Positions 54,172 to 63,458 of a stretch of 64,000 nucleotides of DNA are shown here, one piece after another. The translations under genes were made by a program, and so were the position numbers. The notes beneath the pieces are model-generated. The model worked only from the letters and a program-made list of their open reading frames with translations, ran no database searches and was not told the DNA's origin. This DNA comes from Clostridia bacterium (lineage in GTDB: Bacteria > Bacillota > Clostridia > Oscillospirales > CAG-272). Location: positions 595-64,594 of the forward strand of contig JAFTST010000004.1 in the NCBI GenBank assembly GCA_017467165.1, in the 5' to 3' direction. The first letter of the stretch is position 1. Each line of letters opens with the position of its first letter.

Positions 54172-55143
54172 ATGAGAAAAACGCTTGCAACATTGTTGTT
54201 GCTCTCTCTTATTCTTTGCTTATTGTCAGGCTGTAACGGAATCGGCAATTATTACAGAATAGACGTGACGGGCGATAAGGACTCGCTGATGAAGCCGATT
54301 AAGTCGCACTATCAAGTAGGAGCGACGGTTGAAATAAAAGCGCATCCGGTTACCGACGTATCGTTACACGTATTTGTTAATGGCGAGGAAATTCCGATGA
54401 TTCATTTTGATTCGGATTATTGGGGCTTTGAGTTCGTAATGCCTGAAGAAAACGTCACTGTTCACTTAACGTACGATAATTTTTACGGAAAAGAGGAATA
54501 CGTTTTTGACGATCTGTGCTCTCTCAATTTTTTGATGAGTGAAATCACTAAGGTTTCGGTAAGAACGACAGATTATAGGGAGAAATACAGCTTTATTGAA
54601 ACCCGATACTCCTCTTGTCAGGGTGATATTGATAATTTCAAGGAGATAATTGAAGAAAAGCTGATAAAAGCAGATAACAACGTTGCTTCCGACGCTATCT
54701 GTGGGGGCGAATACAGCTTCTATTATGACACCGAATCTCACGGAGAAAGGGCAGAAACGCTTAGATTTAATGATAACTTCTTCACTTGGAGCGATTTTTC
54801 AAGCTGGCAGGCATTTAAGTTCGAGGATGAAAATTACGTTTTGCCTACAATAGAAAATCCCGATCTTATAACCTACTCATTCAGATATGACGGTCGAAGC
54901 AGTGACGTCAGAAGATATGATGACGAATCCTTTTCGATTGATTTCTTCGGTATTGGATCGGTAGAGTTTATTCCATACGAGGGAGAACCGATTGAAGCAA
55001 GCTTACCGTTTTATTTGGACAGCGGATACGGAAAAATCAATCTGTTGAGCCCGACGGTTTTCGAGCTTAACGGTGAGTGCTATGAAATTATTTCCGGCGC
55101 GGAAACCTGGGCATACAAATACTGCAACTTGGGAGGAAAATAA
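54172..55143 (+). CDS. lipoprotein with N-terminal YW(G/E)FxFxMP module, unknown function
   Basis: Lipobox LLSLILCLLSGC. Module VGATVEIKAHPVTDVSLHVFVNGEEIPMIHFDSDYWGFEFVMPEENVTVHLTY. Confidence 0.6.
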   Translation: MRKTLATLLLLSLILCLLSGCNGIGNYYRIDVTGDKDSLMKPIKSHYQVGATVEIKAHPVTDVSLHVFVNGEEIPMIHFDSDYWGFEFVMPEENVTVHLTYDNFYGKEEYVFDDLCSLNFLMSEITKVSVRTTDYREKYSFIETRYSSCQGDIDNFKEIIEEKLIKADNNVASDAICGGEYSFYYDTESHGERAETLRFNDNFFTWSDFSSWQAFKFEDENYVLPTIENPDLITYSFRYDGRSSDVRRYDDESFSIDFFGIGSVEFIPYEGEPIEASLPFYLDSGYGKINLLSPTVFELNGECYEIISGAETWAYKYCNLGGK

Positions 55144-55523
55144 TGAAAAAAATATTGTTTTTATTACTTACTGTTCTGTTAGCGGCTTCGCTATTCTCCT
55201 GCTCCACCCCTATCTATCCGGGATTGCCGGATATAAGCGAAGATCCGATGAAAGGCATCGAGATTTACTGTTGGCAGGACGGCGGCGAATGGAAATGCGG
55301 CGGCACGGTTGGCACGAATAGGATGAAAACCGACGAGGAAATCCGCGCCCTGCAGGTCGTTACAATTCCCGAGATGAAAAGAATTCTCGAACGAAAGGGA
55401 CTCACCGATTGCTTTGTTGTTCGGCTCGTTGACCTTTCGGGCGACGAGGTTGTATACCTTGACTTCGAGGAAAACCTTACGCAGATTACAACGCTTGAAA
55501 TGCAATTAGGCAGAGAAGAATGA
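55143..55523 (+). CDS. small lipoprotein, unknown function
   Basis: Lipobox LLTVLLAASLFSC. The start overlaps the upstream stop (TAATG). Confidence 0.55.
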   Translation: MKKILFLLLTVLLAASLFSCSTPIYPGLPDISEDPMKGIEIYCWQDGGEWKCGGTVGTNRMKTDEEIRALQVVTIPEMKRILERKGLTDCFVVRLVDLSGDEVVYLDFEENLTQITTLEMQLGREE

Positions 55524-55536
55524 AAGGGAGTATCAG

Positions 55537-56802
55537 ATGAAAAGAATACTGGCTTTAGTCCTGATAATAACACTTTGCTTATTCGCTCTTGTTTCCTGTG
55601 ATTTATTCCCGGAAAAGAAGAGGGTGAGCTGTAAGGAGTATAAAAACTGCGCCGTTTTCACTCTCGATTATTTTGAAGGCTCATATTCAGTTGAGCTTTC
55701 TCGCACGGGCCTTGGCGAGGGCGCGATTTATTATCAGATAAACCTTGAGCACGGTCGGCTGACTGTGAATTACAAGGACGCAGGCTTTATTCACAGCGAG
55801 CAGCCTCTTGGTGATTTTACCGCAGATGACGAAATGCCGATTATCAGCTCGGGCGGATATATAGAGGGCGACAAGATTGAGATTTCCTTTGGAACATTAA
55901 GCCCCGTTAAGGGTGAAATCATTATCGCCTTTACCGAGGATGCGCTGAACGATGCTCTGGAAAGCACGCAGCACGAGCATACTATTACATATGTTTCCGC
56001 CGGCGAGGCAGGACATTTTGAAAACTATACGTGCGGATGCCCCCACGACCACGGAGCTGTACCGCATTATGATGAAGATATTGATCTCATCTGCGATGCT
56101 TGCGGATATGATATGAACGCAGATTACCCACCCCTCGTAGATGAAACCGTTTCCTTGGCGCAATTTGCAAGCTGGCTCACCGAGCTTAACGCTGAAAGCG
56201 TTGCCGAGATTAAAACCACATTTGAATACGTAGGAGTTGCACCCGGCACACTCAAGGATATAAGCAGAACAACCGACAAAACAGTGATTGCAGATGTTCT
56301 TGAAAAATATGCGAGCGTGGAAATGAGACCTGTTGCTCCTGAAGAAACCTACATAGACGGCGGAAGTGCGTTTACGATAGAGTTTACACTCACAGATGGA
56401 ACGGTAAAGCAACTTCATTTTAACAACGGCTTCTACGCATACGGATTAGATGAGATCGATATATCCGCGCTCCGCTATTTTGAATTGTGTTCTATTCCTA
56501 CGCTGAAAGACTATGATAACGTCACAAAATCCAACGGATTTATTACCTACATAGGCACAGGCGAGGTATATGACAAGGACAACAATCTTGTATGCGAAAT
56601 TCCCATAGACGAGCTTGAATTTGATTATGATTTGGATTTGGATTTGCCCGATCTTCCGCCCTATGATTTGGCTATAAGGACTGAGTTTGGTGACCTTAAA
56701 TTTATCGCGCCCGATATATTCTATATGGAAACCGGTGAAGCGTGTGTTCTCGTCGGTAAAAACCTAGACGAATTGATTGCTTACGCCACCTCTGCCGAAT
56801 AA
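55537..56802 (+). CDS. lipoprotein with internal Cys/His module, unknown function
   Basis: Lipobox LIITLCLFALVSC. Module HEHTITYVSAGEAGHFENYTCGCPHDHGAVPHYDEDIDLICDACGYDM. Confidence 0.6.
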   Translation: MKRILALVLIITLCLFALVSCDLFPEKKRVSCKEYKNCAVFTLDYFEGSYSVELSRTGLGEGAIYYQINLEHGRLTVNYKDAGFIHSEQPLGDFTADDEMPIISSGGYIEGDKIEISFGTLSPVKGEIIIAFTEDALNDALESTQHEHTITYVSAGEAGHFENYTCGCPHDHGAVPHYDEDIDLICDACGYDMNADYPPLVDETVSLAQFASWLTELNAESVAEIKTTFEYVGVAPGTLKDISRTTDKTVIADVLEKYASVEMRPVAPEETYIDGGSAFTIEFTLTDGTVKQLHFNNGFYAYGLDEIDISALRYFELCSIPTLKDYDNVTKSNGFITYIGTGEVYDKDNNLVCEIPIDELEFDYDLDLDLPDLPPYDLAIRTEFGDLKFIAPDIFYMETGEACVLVGKNLDELIAYATSAE

Positions 56803-56811
56803 TCCTTAACG

Positions 56812-57360
56812 ATGAATGACGAGGAATGGCTGTACGAGAATTTAAAAGCTGCGTACAAGGCAGGTGAAACGGTAACTGTAAAGATAGAAATGGCTATTGA
56901 CCTCGGGTGTGTTTTCCTTGTTAACGGCAATGATATAGCTGACTGCCAAGATGTTGACGGACTGTATTGGGAATTCACATTTACAATGCCGGCGTGCAAC
57001 GTTGAGATTGATTTTAAGACCTACGACGGATTTTTGCCTGATTGGAACTATGGTATATTGATTGAAAGCTATTGGAAGCAAAACCTTGATGCTGATTACG
57101 TTTATATTGAAAATTATTACGGTGAGTTTTCGGGCGGCGCAATTGTAGCAATGATAGCATCAGGAGCTTATGACGACGCTGTTTGGGAAGAAACGATTGG
57201 CGATACAACCATACGCTATAACAACGGAAATTGCATTCTCGTTCTTTACGAGGGAGAATTTCATACGCTTACCGCCGCGTATGAAAACGGATATCTTTCT
57301 TTGAATGATATAGAAGCTATCTCTGACTTGCAAAAAGAATATTATCCATATTTATATTAG
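56812..57360 (+). CDS. soluble protein with YWEFTFTMP module, unknown function
   Basis: No signal peptide. AGETVTVKIEMAIDLGCVFLVNGNDIADCQDVDGLYWEFTFTMPACNVEIDFKTY. Confidence 0.55.
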   Translation: MNDEEWLYENLKAAYKAGETVTVKIEMAIDLGCVFLVNGNDIADCQDVDGLYWEFTFTMPACNVEIDFKTYDGFLPDWNYGILIESYWKQNLDADYVYIENYYGEFSGGAIVAMIASGAYDDAVWEETIGDTTIRYNNGNCILVLYEGEFHTLTAAYENGYLSLNDIEAISDLQKEYYPYLY

Positions 57361-57367
57361 AAGATAT

Positions 57368-57407
57368 AAAAAAGCCTGCGGCGCATCTTAGCGCGCAGGC
57401 TTTATTT
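57368..57407 (+). terminator. rho-independent terminator after the lipoprotein cluster
   Basis: AGCCTGCG...CGCAGGCT stem followed by TTATTT. Confidence 0.55.
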
Positions 57408-57572
57408 GCCAAAGACACACTTTCCCCGAAAAAAGTCCCTCGCAACCTAAAGTTGCGCGATAGTTGGTGGCGCTTTTCGGCGTTTGTTGGTAAAATATCA
57501 CCGTGAGGGCGACGGTTGCAATGAAGCGCTACGTATTTACCCTCTATCAAAAGAAAACGGAGGTTATTAATT

Positions 57573-59003
57573 ATGACAATCGGCGAGCGTATCGCAAAAT
57601 GCCGAAGGGAAAAGAACTTATCACAAGAATATATAGCCGAGCTGCTTGGAGTTTCGAGGCAGGCTGTATCAAAATGGGAAACAAATCAGACAGAGCCTGA
57701 CACGGGTAATCTGATAGGACTTGCAAGAATATTTGGCGTTAGCGTTGAATACTTGGCAAACGGAGAGGAAGAGCCCACGAGGGTTGTCTACGTGGAAAAG
57801 AATCTTCCCGTTTTCAAGATTATAGGCATTGTGCTTACCTCTCTTGGCGGTCTTTCTCTTTTGCTCGGCGCTCTTTTGCCATATATGCTTGGCATAGGTA
57901 TTGTCACCGTGACGTTTGGCTTACTGCTTCTGCTTCTGAAAAAGGACGGTCTAATTCTCAGTGGCTTTATCCTTGTGATTGGTGTTGCGCTCTTTGTGAT
58001 ACAAGGCATTTGGTTTGGCATCGACACGCCTATTATGTGCCTGATTGCCGCTATTTCGGTGGGATTGCCTATTCTGACTTACGCCATTATCAAGCTCGTG
58101 AAGAGGATAAAGGAAAAAGACCCTATAAAGAAGCTTAAAGATAATCCTACGCTTATTAAGAGAATCATTATTGTAATTGTAATTGCCGCTATCGTTATTA
58201 CGGCTATCGCTGTTCCTCTCAGTATAGCAGGCAAAAAACGAAGAAGCGCTATTGAAAAGGCTAAATTCTTTTCTTCGGAAAGGCTGTCGGAATTTATGGT
58301 TGCGGGCTTGCCTGCGCCGGTGGATATTGACTGTATCAATCTTAACAGCGAAACAATTTTATTTGACACCGATTCGGATGAATTTCACGAGTACCTTGAG
58401 TGCGTGTATAACTATTTAATCGGGAGAAGCTTCAAGCATCTCGGAACACGGGGCGAGGTTATATACGCCGAGGGAGAAGCAAAACAATACGCATTTTTAC
58501 CGCACGACAAGCACTTTTACTACGGTCCGGATAAGCACTCCGGGTTTAATTTAAGCACAAATCCCAACTCCTATTACTTTGTTTTTAGCAACAGCATTAA
58601 AAACGAAGAAAACGGCGAAATCGAGTGCTGTGTAATTCACATAGAGCGCGTAGAAAAATCCAAAGCTGTGATTGACGGTAAAACGTTCGTTTACAACACA
58701 GTAATGTCCGTTTATCGTGAAAGTATTTCGGAGGGTTACAAATATCCCACCTACACTATTGAATACGTGGAAAACGTTTTCCACGTTGACCTTGCTGATT
58801 ATTTGCTCCCAAATCAACCCACCTTCTCCCTGCCCGGAAAGGAAGTCACGATACGGATAAAGCCACAGAGCGAGAACTTCGAGCTTTGGATTGACGGCGG
58901 AAAACAAATTCAGCGCACCGCTGTGACAGATGAGTATTGGGAATATACCTTCACAATGCCCGAGCATAATATTAAGCTATTGACTCTACCAAAGGATTTA
59001 TAA
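57573..59003 (+). CDS. membrane-tethered XRE-family HTH regulator (HTH + ~5 TM + extracytoplasmic domain)
   Basis: N-terminus MTIGERIAKCRREKNLSQEYIAELLGVSRQAVSKWETNQTEPD (Cro/C1 HTH). About five hydrophobic helices (aa 80-230). The C-terminal ~240 aa end with VTDEYWEYTFTMPEHNIKLLTL. Confidence 0.75.
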   Translation: MTIGERIAKCRREKNLSQEYIAELLGVSRQAVSKWETNQTEPDTGNLIGLARIFGVSVEYLANGEEEPTRVVYVEKNLPVFKIIGIVLTSLGGLSLLLGALLPYMLGIGIVTVTFGLLLLLLKKDGLILSGFILVIGVALFVIQGIWFGIDTPIMCLIAAISVGLPILTYAIIKLVKRIKEKDPIKKLKDNPTLIKRIIIVIVIAAIVITAIAVPLSIAGKKRRSAIEKAKFFSSERLSEFMVAGLPAPVDIDCINLNSETILFDTDSDEFHEYLECVYNYLIGRSFKHLGTRGEVIYAEGEAKQYAFLPHDKHFYYGPDKHSGFNLSTNPNSYYFVFSNSIKNEENGEIECCVIHIERVEKSKAVIDGKTFVYNTVMSVYRESISEGYKYPTYTIEYVENVFHVDLADYLLPNQPTFSLPGKEVTIRIKPQSENFELWIDGGKQIQRTAVTDEYWEYTFTMPEHNIKLLTLPKDL

Positions 59004-59155
59004 CCCTGACGGCTCAGAAATCGCGCACGGGTACGGGCTAAACGCTCCCCTCGGGAAAACGAAAAGCAATCGTTTTTTTGCAATATAAGAAAAAACAAAA
59101 TAAAAAGCCTCCGTTTTGTCAAGAATTAAGTCAGATACAAAATGGAGGTAAATTT

Positions 59156-59818
59156 ATGTTCAAGCACGAAAAAATGTTATTCCACCCCGTGGAGATTGAA
59201 AGACCGAACCCACAGTACGCCGTACTGCTTCAGGAGCAGCTTGGCGGCGGTAACGGTGAGATGAAGGCGGCTATGCAGTATATGTCGCAGAGCTTCAGAA
59301 TCAAGGACCCAGAGATAAAGGATCTGTTTCTCGATATTGCCGCGGAGGAACTCGGCCATATGGAAATGGTAGCGCAGACTATCAACCTGCTCAACGGTCA
59401 CGAGGTTGACGCGACGAAGGTCGGAGCGGGCGAAATCCAATCGCACGTCCTTCTCGGACTCAACCCGGGGCTAATCAATTCCTCGGGCTACTCCTGGACG
59501 GGAGATTACGTCACCGTCACGGGCGACCTGTGCGCCGATCTGCTTTCAAATATAGCCTCGGAGCAGAGAGCGAAGGTGGTATACGAATATCTTTACAGGC
59601 AAATCGAGGATAAAAAGGTGAGGGAAACGATAGACTTCCTTCTAAACAGGGAGGAAGCGCACAACCAGATGTTCCGCGACGCCTTCAACAAGGTACAGGA
59701 AACCGGCTCCAACCGTGACTTTGGCACGACCAAGGCGGCGAAAATGTATTTCTCAATGTCAAATCCCGGCCCGAACACCTTTGCCACGGGCGAAACGCAC
59801 GCTCCGTCATTTAAGTGA
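59156..59818 (+). CDS. manganese catalase family protein
   Basis: NPQYAVLLQEQLGGGNGEMKAAMQYMSQSF...AAEELGHMEMV are the di-Mn ligand motifs. GGAGG RBS before ATG 59156. Confidence 0.85.
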   Translation: MFKHEKMLFHPVEIERPNPQYAVLLQEQLGGGNGEMKAAMQYMSQSFRIKDPEIKDLFLDIAAEELGHMEMVAQTINLLNGHEVDATKVGAGEIQSHVLLGLNPGLINSSGYSWTGDYVTVTGDLCADLLSNIASEQRAKVVYEYLYRQIEDKKVRETIDFLLNREEAHNQMFRDAFNKVQETGSNRDFGTTKAAKMYFSMSNPGPNTFATGETHAPSFK

Positions 59819-59826
59819 AAAAATAG

Positions 59827-59855
59827 TTGAAAATTTCTTTCGGATATGCTAAAAT
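59827..59855 (+). promoter_or_regulatory. sigma70-type promoter of the flavodiiron gene
   Basis: TTGAAA (59827-59832), a 17-nt spacer, then TAAAAT (59850-59855). Confidence 0.5.
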
Positions 59856-59888
59856 AAGTCGGAATAAACTTATTTGGCGAGGTAAGCT

Positions 59889-61046
59889 ATGAATATTACG
59901 CGGGATATTTTTTACGTTGGCGTAGACGACCACCGTATTGATTTATTTGAGGGACAGTACAGCGTGCCCAACGGTATGTCCTATAACTCATACGTTATTA
60001 TGGACGAGAAAATTGCGGTTTTGGATACCGTTGACGTCGCCTTTTGTGACGAATGGCTCGACAAGGTGCGCGCCGTGCTTGGTGACAGAAAGCCCGATTA
60101 TCTTATAGCGCACCATATGGAGCCCGACCATTCGGCGAATATAGCGAGCTTTCTTTTGGCATATCCCGACACGGCGGTTGTCGCATCGGCAAAGGCTTTT
60201 GCGATGATGAAGGGCTATTTCGGTATAGATTTTTCCGCGGGCGGCGTTGTTGTCGCGGACGGGGATACGCTCTCCCTCGGCAGACACACCCTGACCTTTA
60301 TCACCGCGCCGATGGTTCATTGGCCAGAGGTTATAGTCAGCTATGACAGCGCGGACAAGGTTCTTTTCTCTGCTGACGCTTTTGGAAAATTCGGAGCGCT
60401 CGACACCGACGAGGAATGGGCTTGTGAGGCTCGCCGCTATTACTTTGGCATAGTCGGAAAATTCGGAGCGCAGGTGCAGTCGCTTCTAAAAAAGGCGAGC
60501 GGGCTTGATATACAGACTATCTGCTCCCTGCACGGACCTGTTCTCACAGAAAATATAGGCTATTACGTCGGTCTTTACGATACCTGGTCATCATACAGAC
60601 CCGAGGACGAGGGCGTAGTTATAGCATATACCTCGGTATACGGAAACACCAAAAAGGCGGTCGAAAGACTCGCGGGAAAGCTCCGCGAAAACGGATGCCC
60701 GACTGTATCCGTTATTGACCTTGCGCGCTGTGATATGGCGGAGGCTGTTGAGGACGCCTTCAGATACTCAAAGCTCGTGCTCGCCACCACCACCTACAAC
60801 GGCGACGTTTTCCCATTTATGCGCGAGTTTATAGACCACCTCACCGAGCGCAATTTTCAGAGCCGCACCGTAGCATTTATCGAAAACGGCTCCTGGGCTC
60901 CAATGGCAACTAAGGTTATGCGTGCTATGCTCGAAAAGTCGAAAAACCTCACCTACACCGACTCAACCGTGAAAATCACCTGCGCCCTGAATGAAGAAGG
61001 CGAAAAGCAGGTCGACGCACTCGCGGACGAGCTCTGGGAAAGATAA
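59889..61046 (+). CDS. fprA: FprA-family A-type flavoprotein (flavodiiron O2/NO reductase)
   Basis: Metallo-beta-lactamase-like N-domain with HHMEPDHS, followed by a flavodoxin-like C-domain (VIAYTSVYGNTKKAVE). Confidence 0.85.
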   Translation: MNITRDIFYVGVDDHRIDLFEGQYSVPNGMSYNSYVIMDEKIAVLDTVDVAFCDEWLDKVRAVLGDRKPDYLIAHHMEPDHSANIASFLLAYPDTAVVASAKAFAMMKGYFGIDFSAGGVVVADGDTLSLGRHTLTFITAPMVHWPEVIVSYDSADKVLFSADAFGKFGALDTDEEWACEARRYYFGIVGKFGAQVQSLLKKASGLDIQTICSLHGPVLTENIGYYVGLYDTWSSYRPEDEGVVIAYTSVYGNTKKAVERLAGKLRENGCPTVSVIDLARCDMAEAVEDAFRYSKLVLATTTYNGDVFPFMREFIDHLTERNFQSRTVAFIENGSWAPMATKVMRAMLEKSKNLTYTDSTVKITCALNEEGEKQVDALADELWER

Positions 61047-61073
61047 ACCGTCAACCCGTCAGATTTATATGAA

Positions 61074-61113
61074 ACAGGAGGCTTGCCACACAAGGCAAGC
61101 CTCCTGTATTTTT
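61074..61113 (+). terminator. strong rho-independent terminator after fprA
   Basis: ACAGGAGGCTTGCC-ACACAA-GGCAAGCCTCCTGT (14 bp) followed by ATTTTT. Confidence 0.8.
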
Positions 61114-61334
61114 CCGGGCGAAAAAGCGAAGCAAGATTGCGCGCCCTGTGAAACGAAGCGCTGTCGCGCGCTGAGGCGCGATGCGGGCTGTCAGCTCTGA
61201 ATAATTAACACGGGGTCGCAGATATCCCCAGCCGCACGGTGCGCGGATTAAAAAAGCATTTTTTTGATTAGGGGGGGTTGCTTTTACAAAGCATAATATT
61301 CAAATTGCCGTCACCGAAAATTCACAGTTTTTTC

Positions 61335-61363
61335 ATTGACTCTGCGGTTGAACGAAAGTATAA
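61335..61363 (+). promoter_or_regulatory. near-consensus sigma70 promoter of the MarR operon
   Basis: TTGACT (61335-61340), a 17-nt spacer, then TATAAT (61358-61363). Confidence 0.6.
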
Positions 61364-61370
61364 TATAATT

Positions 61371-61384
61371 AGTTCAAATTTGAA
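61371..61384. promoter_or_regulatory. candidate MarR operator
   Basis: Perfect 14-nt palindrome GTTCAAATTTGAAC, immediately downstream of the -10 and 22 nt before the marR-like ATG. Confidence 0.5.
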
Positions 61385-61405
61385 CAATCAAGATTTGGAG
61401 CACTT

Positions 61406-61855
61406 ATGATAACAATTCAGGAAATGAACGGCCACGCCAGAAAAATCGCGCTGGCATACGAAAAGGCATTGCTTCCCTTGGCGCAGGAAACAAATTTGCC
61501 TCATACTGCTATCAGTATATTACTCTTTATTGCTAACAGCGCCGAGCAGACAACCGCGAAGGATATTTGCGAGCTGAGAGGGCTGAAGAAGCCTATTGTA
61601 TCAATGTACGTGGAGCGTTTGGTTGCAGAGGGATATATTGAGCGACAAGCGGTTATGGGTGACAGAAGAAAGAGCGCGCTCGTATGCACGGATAAAGCCT
61701 TGAATATCATTGAAGCGGGAAGGGCGCGGCAGATTCGCTTTGCTAAAGAGGTGCTTCGGGGTATCAGTGAGGAGGACCGCGCGGTAATGGAGCGTTGCTT
61801 CAGAACAATGGACGAAAATATAGACCGTATTATCAAACAAAAGCAGGACTTTTAA
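61406..61855 (+). CDS. MarR-family transcriptional regulator
   Basis: Winged-helix pattern TAKDICELRGLKKPIVSMYVERLVAEGYIERQAVMGDRRKSAL. 149 aa. Confidence 0.85.
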   Translation: MITIQEMNGHARKIALAYEKALLPLAQETNLPHTAISILLFIANSAEQTTAKDICELRGLKKPIVSMYVERLVAEGYIERQAVMGDRRKSALVCTDKALNIIEAGRARQIRFAKEVLRGISEEDRAVMERCFRTMDENIDRIIKQKQDF

Positions 61856-61857
61856 CT

Positions 61858-62658
61858 ATGGCGCGTAGAAAAGGATTATCAAAAATTTCCCTTTTGCATT
61901 ATATCAAGCTGATTCTGCGCTCGCTCCTTTTTTGCGTGGTATTGGTTTTTTATATACTTGACAGAACCGAGGTTCTTACGTATCGGGCCATACTTCCCGC
62001 GGTAGTATGGGTGTTTTTCGTTGTCGAAATGCTTCTGCGCTTTTTCCCGTCAAGGCTGGAGAGTATGGGCTGTCAGAAGCAGTTTGTAAGAAACTATGAA
62101 CCGCTTGGCGAAGACTCCTCTCCGATAAATCAATCAGCGAAAACAACAGCCCTTGTCGTCATCATCTGGCTTGCCCTCAATGCTGTCATCGGCGCGCTGT
62201 ATTATGCCGGAATATTTGACACGGGTATATTGATTTTGATTGCTATCGGGTATTCGGTATGCGATATTATCTGCATTCTCTTCTTCTGCCCGTTCCAGAC
62301 CTGGATTATGAAAAACAGGTGCTGTACCACCTGCAGAATTTACAACTGGGATTTTGCTATGATGTTCACGCCTCTTGTATTTGCTCCAAGCCTTTACACA
62401 TACAGCCTCCTTGGCTGCGCAGTTATGTTGCTTTTGCGTTGGGAGATAACCTACTTTCTGCATCCCGAGCGCTTTTCGACGGCAACGAACGGCTGCCTTG
62501 ATTGCTCGCGCTGCGAGGAAAAGCTATGCAGCCACAAAAAGCAGCTTCAGGGCTTTTTGAGAAAATACAGGACGAGGTTTTTCCCGCCGCGTGTAATCAA
62601 AAGATATATCGAAAGGACAAAAAAAGAAGAAAACCGCCAAAGCGACGGCGAAGAATAA
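61858..62658 (+). CDS. Cys-rich polytopic membrane protein, unknown function
   Basis: Five to six hydrophobic helices. Cys clusters CDIICILFFCPF, NRCCTTCRIYNWD and NGCLDCSRCEEKLCSH. The start is placed at ATG 61858, directly after the marR stop. Confidence 0.5.
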   Translation: MARRKGLSKISLLHYIKLILRSLLFCVVLVFYILDRTEVLTYRAILPAVVWVFFVVEMLLRFFPSRLESMGCQKQFVRNYEPLGEDSSPINQSAKTTALVVIIWLALNAVIGALYYAGIFDTGILILIAIGYSVCDIICILFFCPFQTWIMKNRCCTTCRIYNWDFAMMFTPLVFAPSLYTYSLLGCAVMLLLRWEITYFLHPERFSTATNGCLDCSRCEEKLCSHKKQLQGFLRKYRTRFFPPRVIKRYIERTKKEENRQSDGEE

Positions 62659-62669
62659 AGGAGAGCTAA

Positions 62670-63458
62670 TTGAAAAAGGAAAAGGATATACTGTTTGATG
62701 ATTCTGACGAGATAATGCTTCCGTCGACACTCGCCGCAATTCCAAGCGGCTTGATGAACGCGCTCTATCATCAGACGAAGAAAATTATGGGCAGAATGGT
62801 AGATTACAAAGAGCTCAGAATGATCTACGCCTGCGCTATGAAGGAAATAAAAACCAAGTTTGAAATTCTTAACACGGATTTCAGTCTTCAATACCACAGA
62901 AATCCTATAAATTCAATTCAAACCAGGCTCAAAAGCACGGCGAGTATTATAGAAAAGCTTGTGAAGATGAATAAATCCGTTGATATAGACAGTGTTTCGG
63001 AAAACATACACGATATTGCAGGTGTAAGAGTAATCTGCTCGTATATCGACGACGTGTATTTGGTAGCAGAAGCTCTGTTGAAGCAGGACGATATCACGCT
63101 CATTACACGAAAGGATTATATCGCAGAGCCAAAGGAAAACGGATACAGAAGCCTGCATTTAATTGTCAAGGTTCCCGTATTCCTTTCGGAGCGACGGCTC
63201 GAGATGGAGGTGGAGGTACAGCTTCGTACCATTGCGATGGATTTCTGGGCGAGTCTTGAGCATCAGCTTTATTACAAAACCGATTTTGACGGCAAGGGCG
63301 AGCTTGTTGATGAGCTTCGCAGGTGCGCCGCGACTATCAATAAGACTGACGTGGAAATGATGCTGATTCGTTCGAAATTGGAAGCCTTGTCCGACGTTCC
63401 TTCTGAGGAGGAGATATTGCTCGAGCGTGTGAGAAGGCTTGATACGCCAATCGAATAA
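62670..63458 (+). CDS. small alarmone synthetase (RelQ/RelP-type GTP pyrophosphokinase)
   Basis: RelA/SpoT synthetase motifs IHDIAGVRVICSYIDDVY, ENGYRSLHLIV and EVQLRTIAMDFWASLEHQLYYK. TTG start with an AAGGAG RBS. Confidence 0.85.
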   Translation: MKKEKDILFDDSDEIMLPSTLAAIPSGLMNALYHQTKKIMGRMVDYKELRMIYACAMKEIKTKFEILNTDFSLQYHRNPINSIQTRLKSTASIIEKLVKMNKSVDIDSVSENIHDIAGVRVICSYIDDVYLVAEALLKQDDITLITRKDYIAEPKENGYRSLHLIVKVPVFLSERRLEMEVEVQLRTIAMDFWASLEHQLYYKTDFDGKGELVDELRRCAATINKTDVEMMLIRSKLEALSDVPSEEEILLERVRRLDTPIE

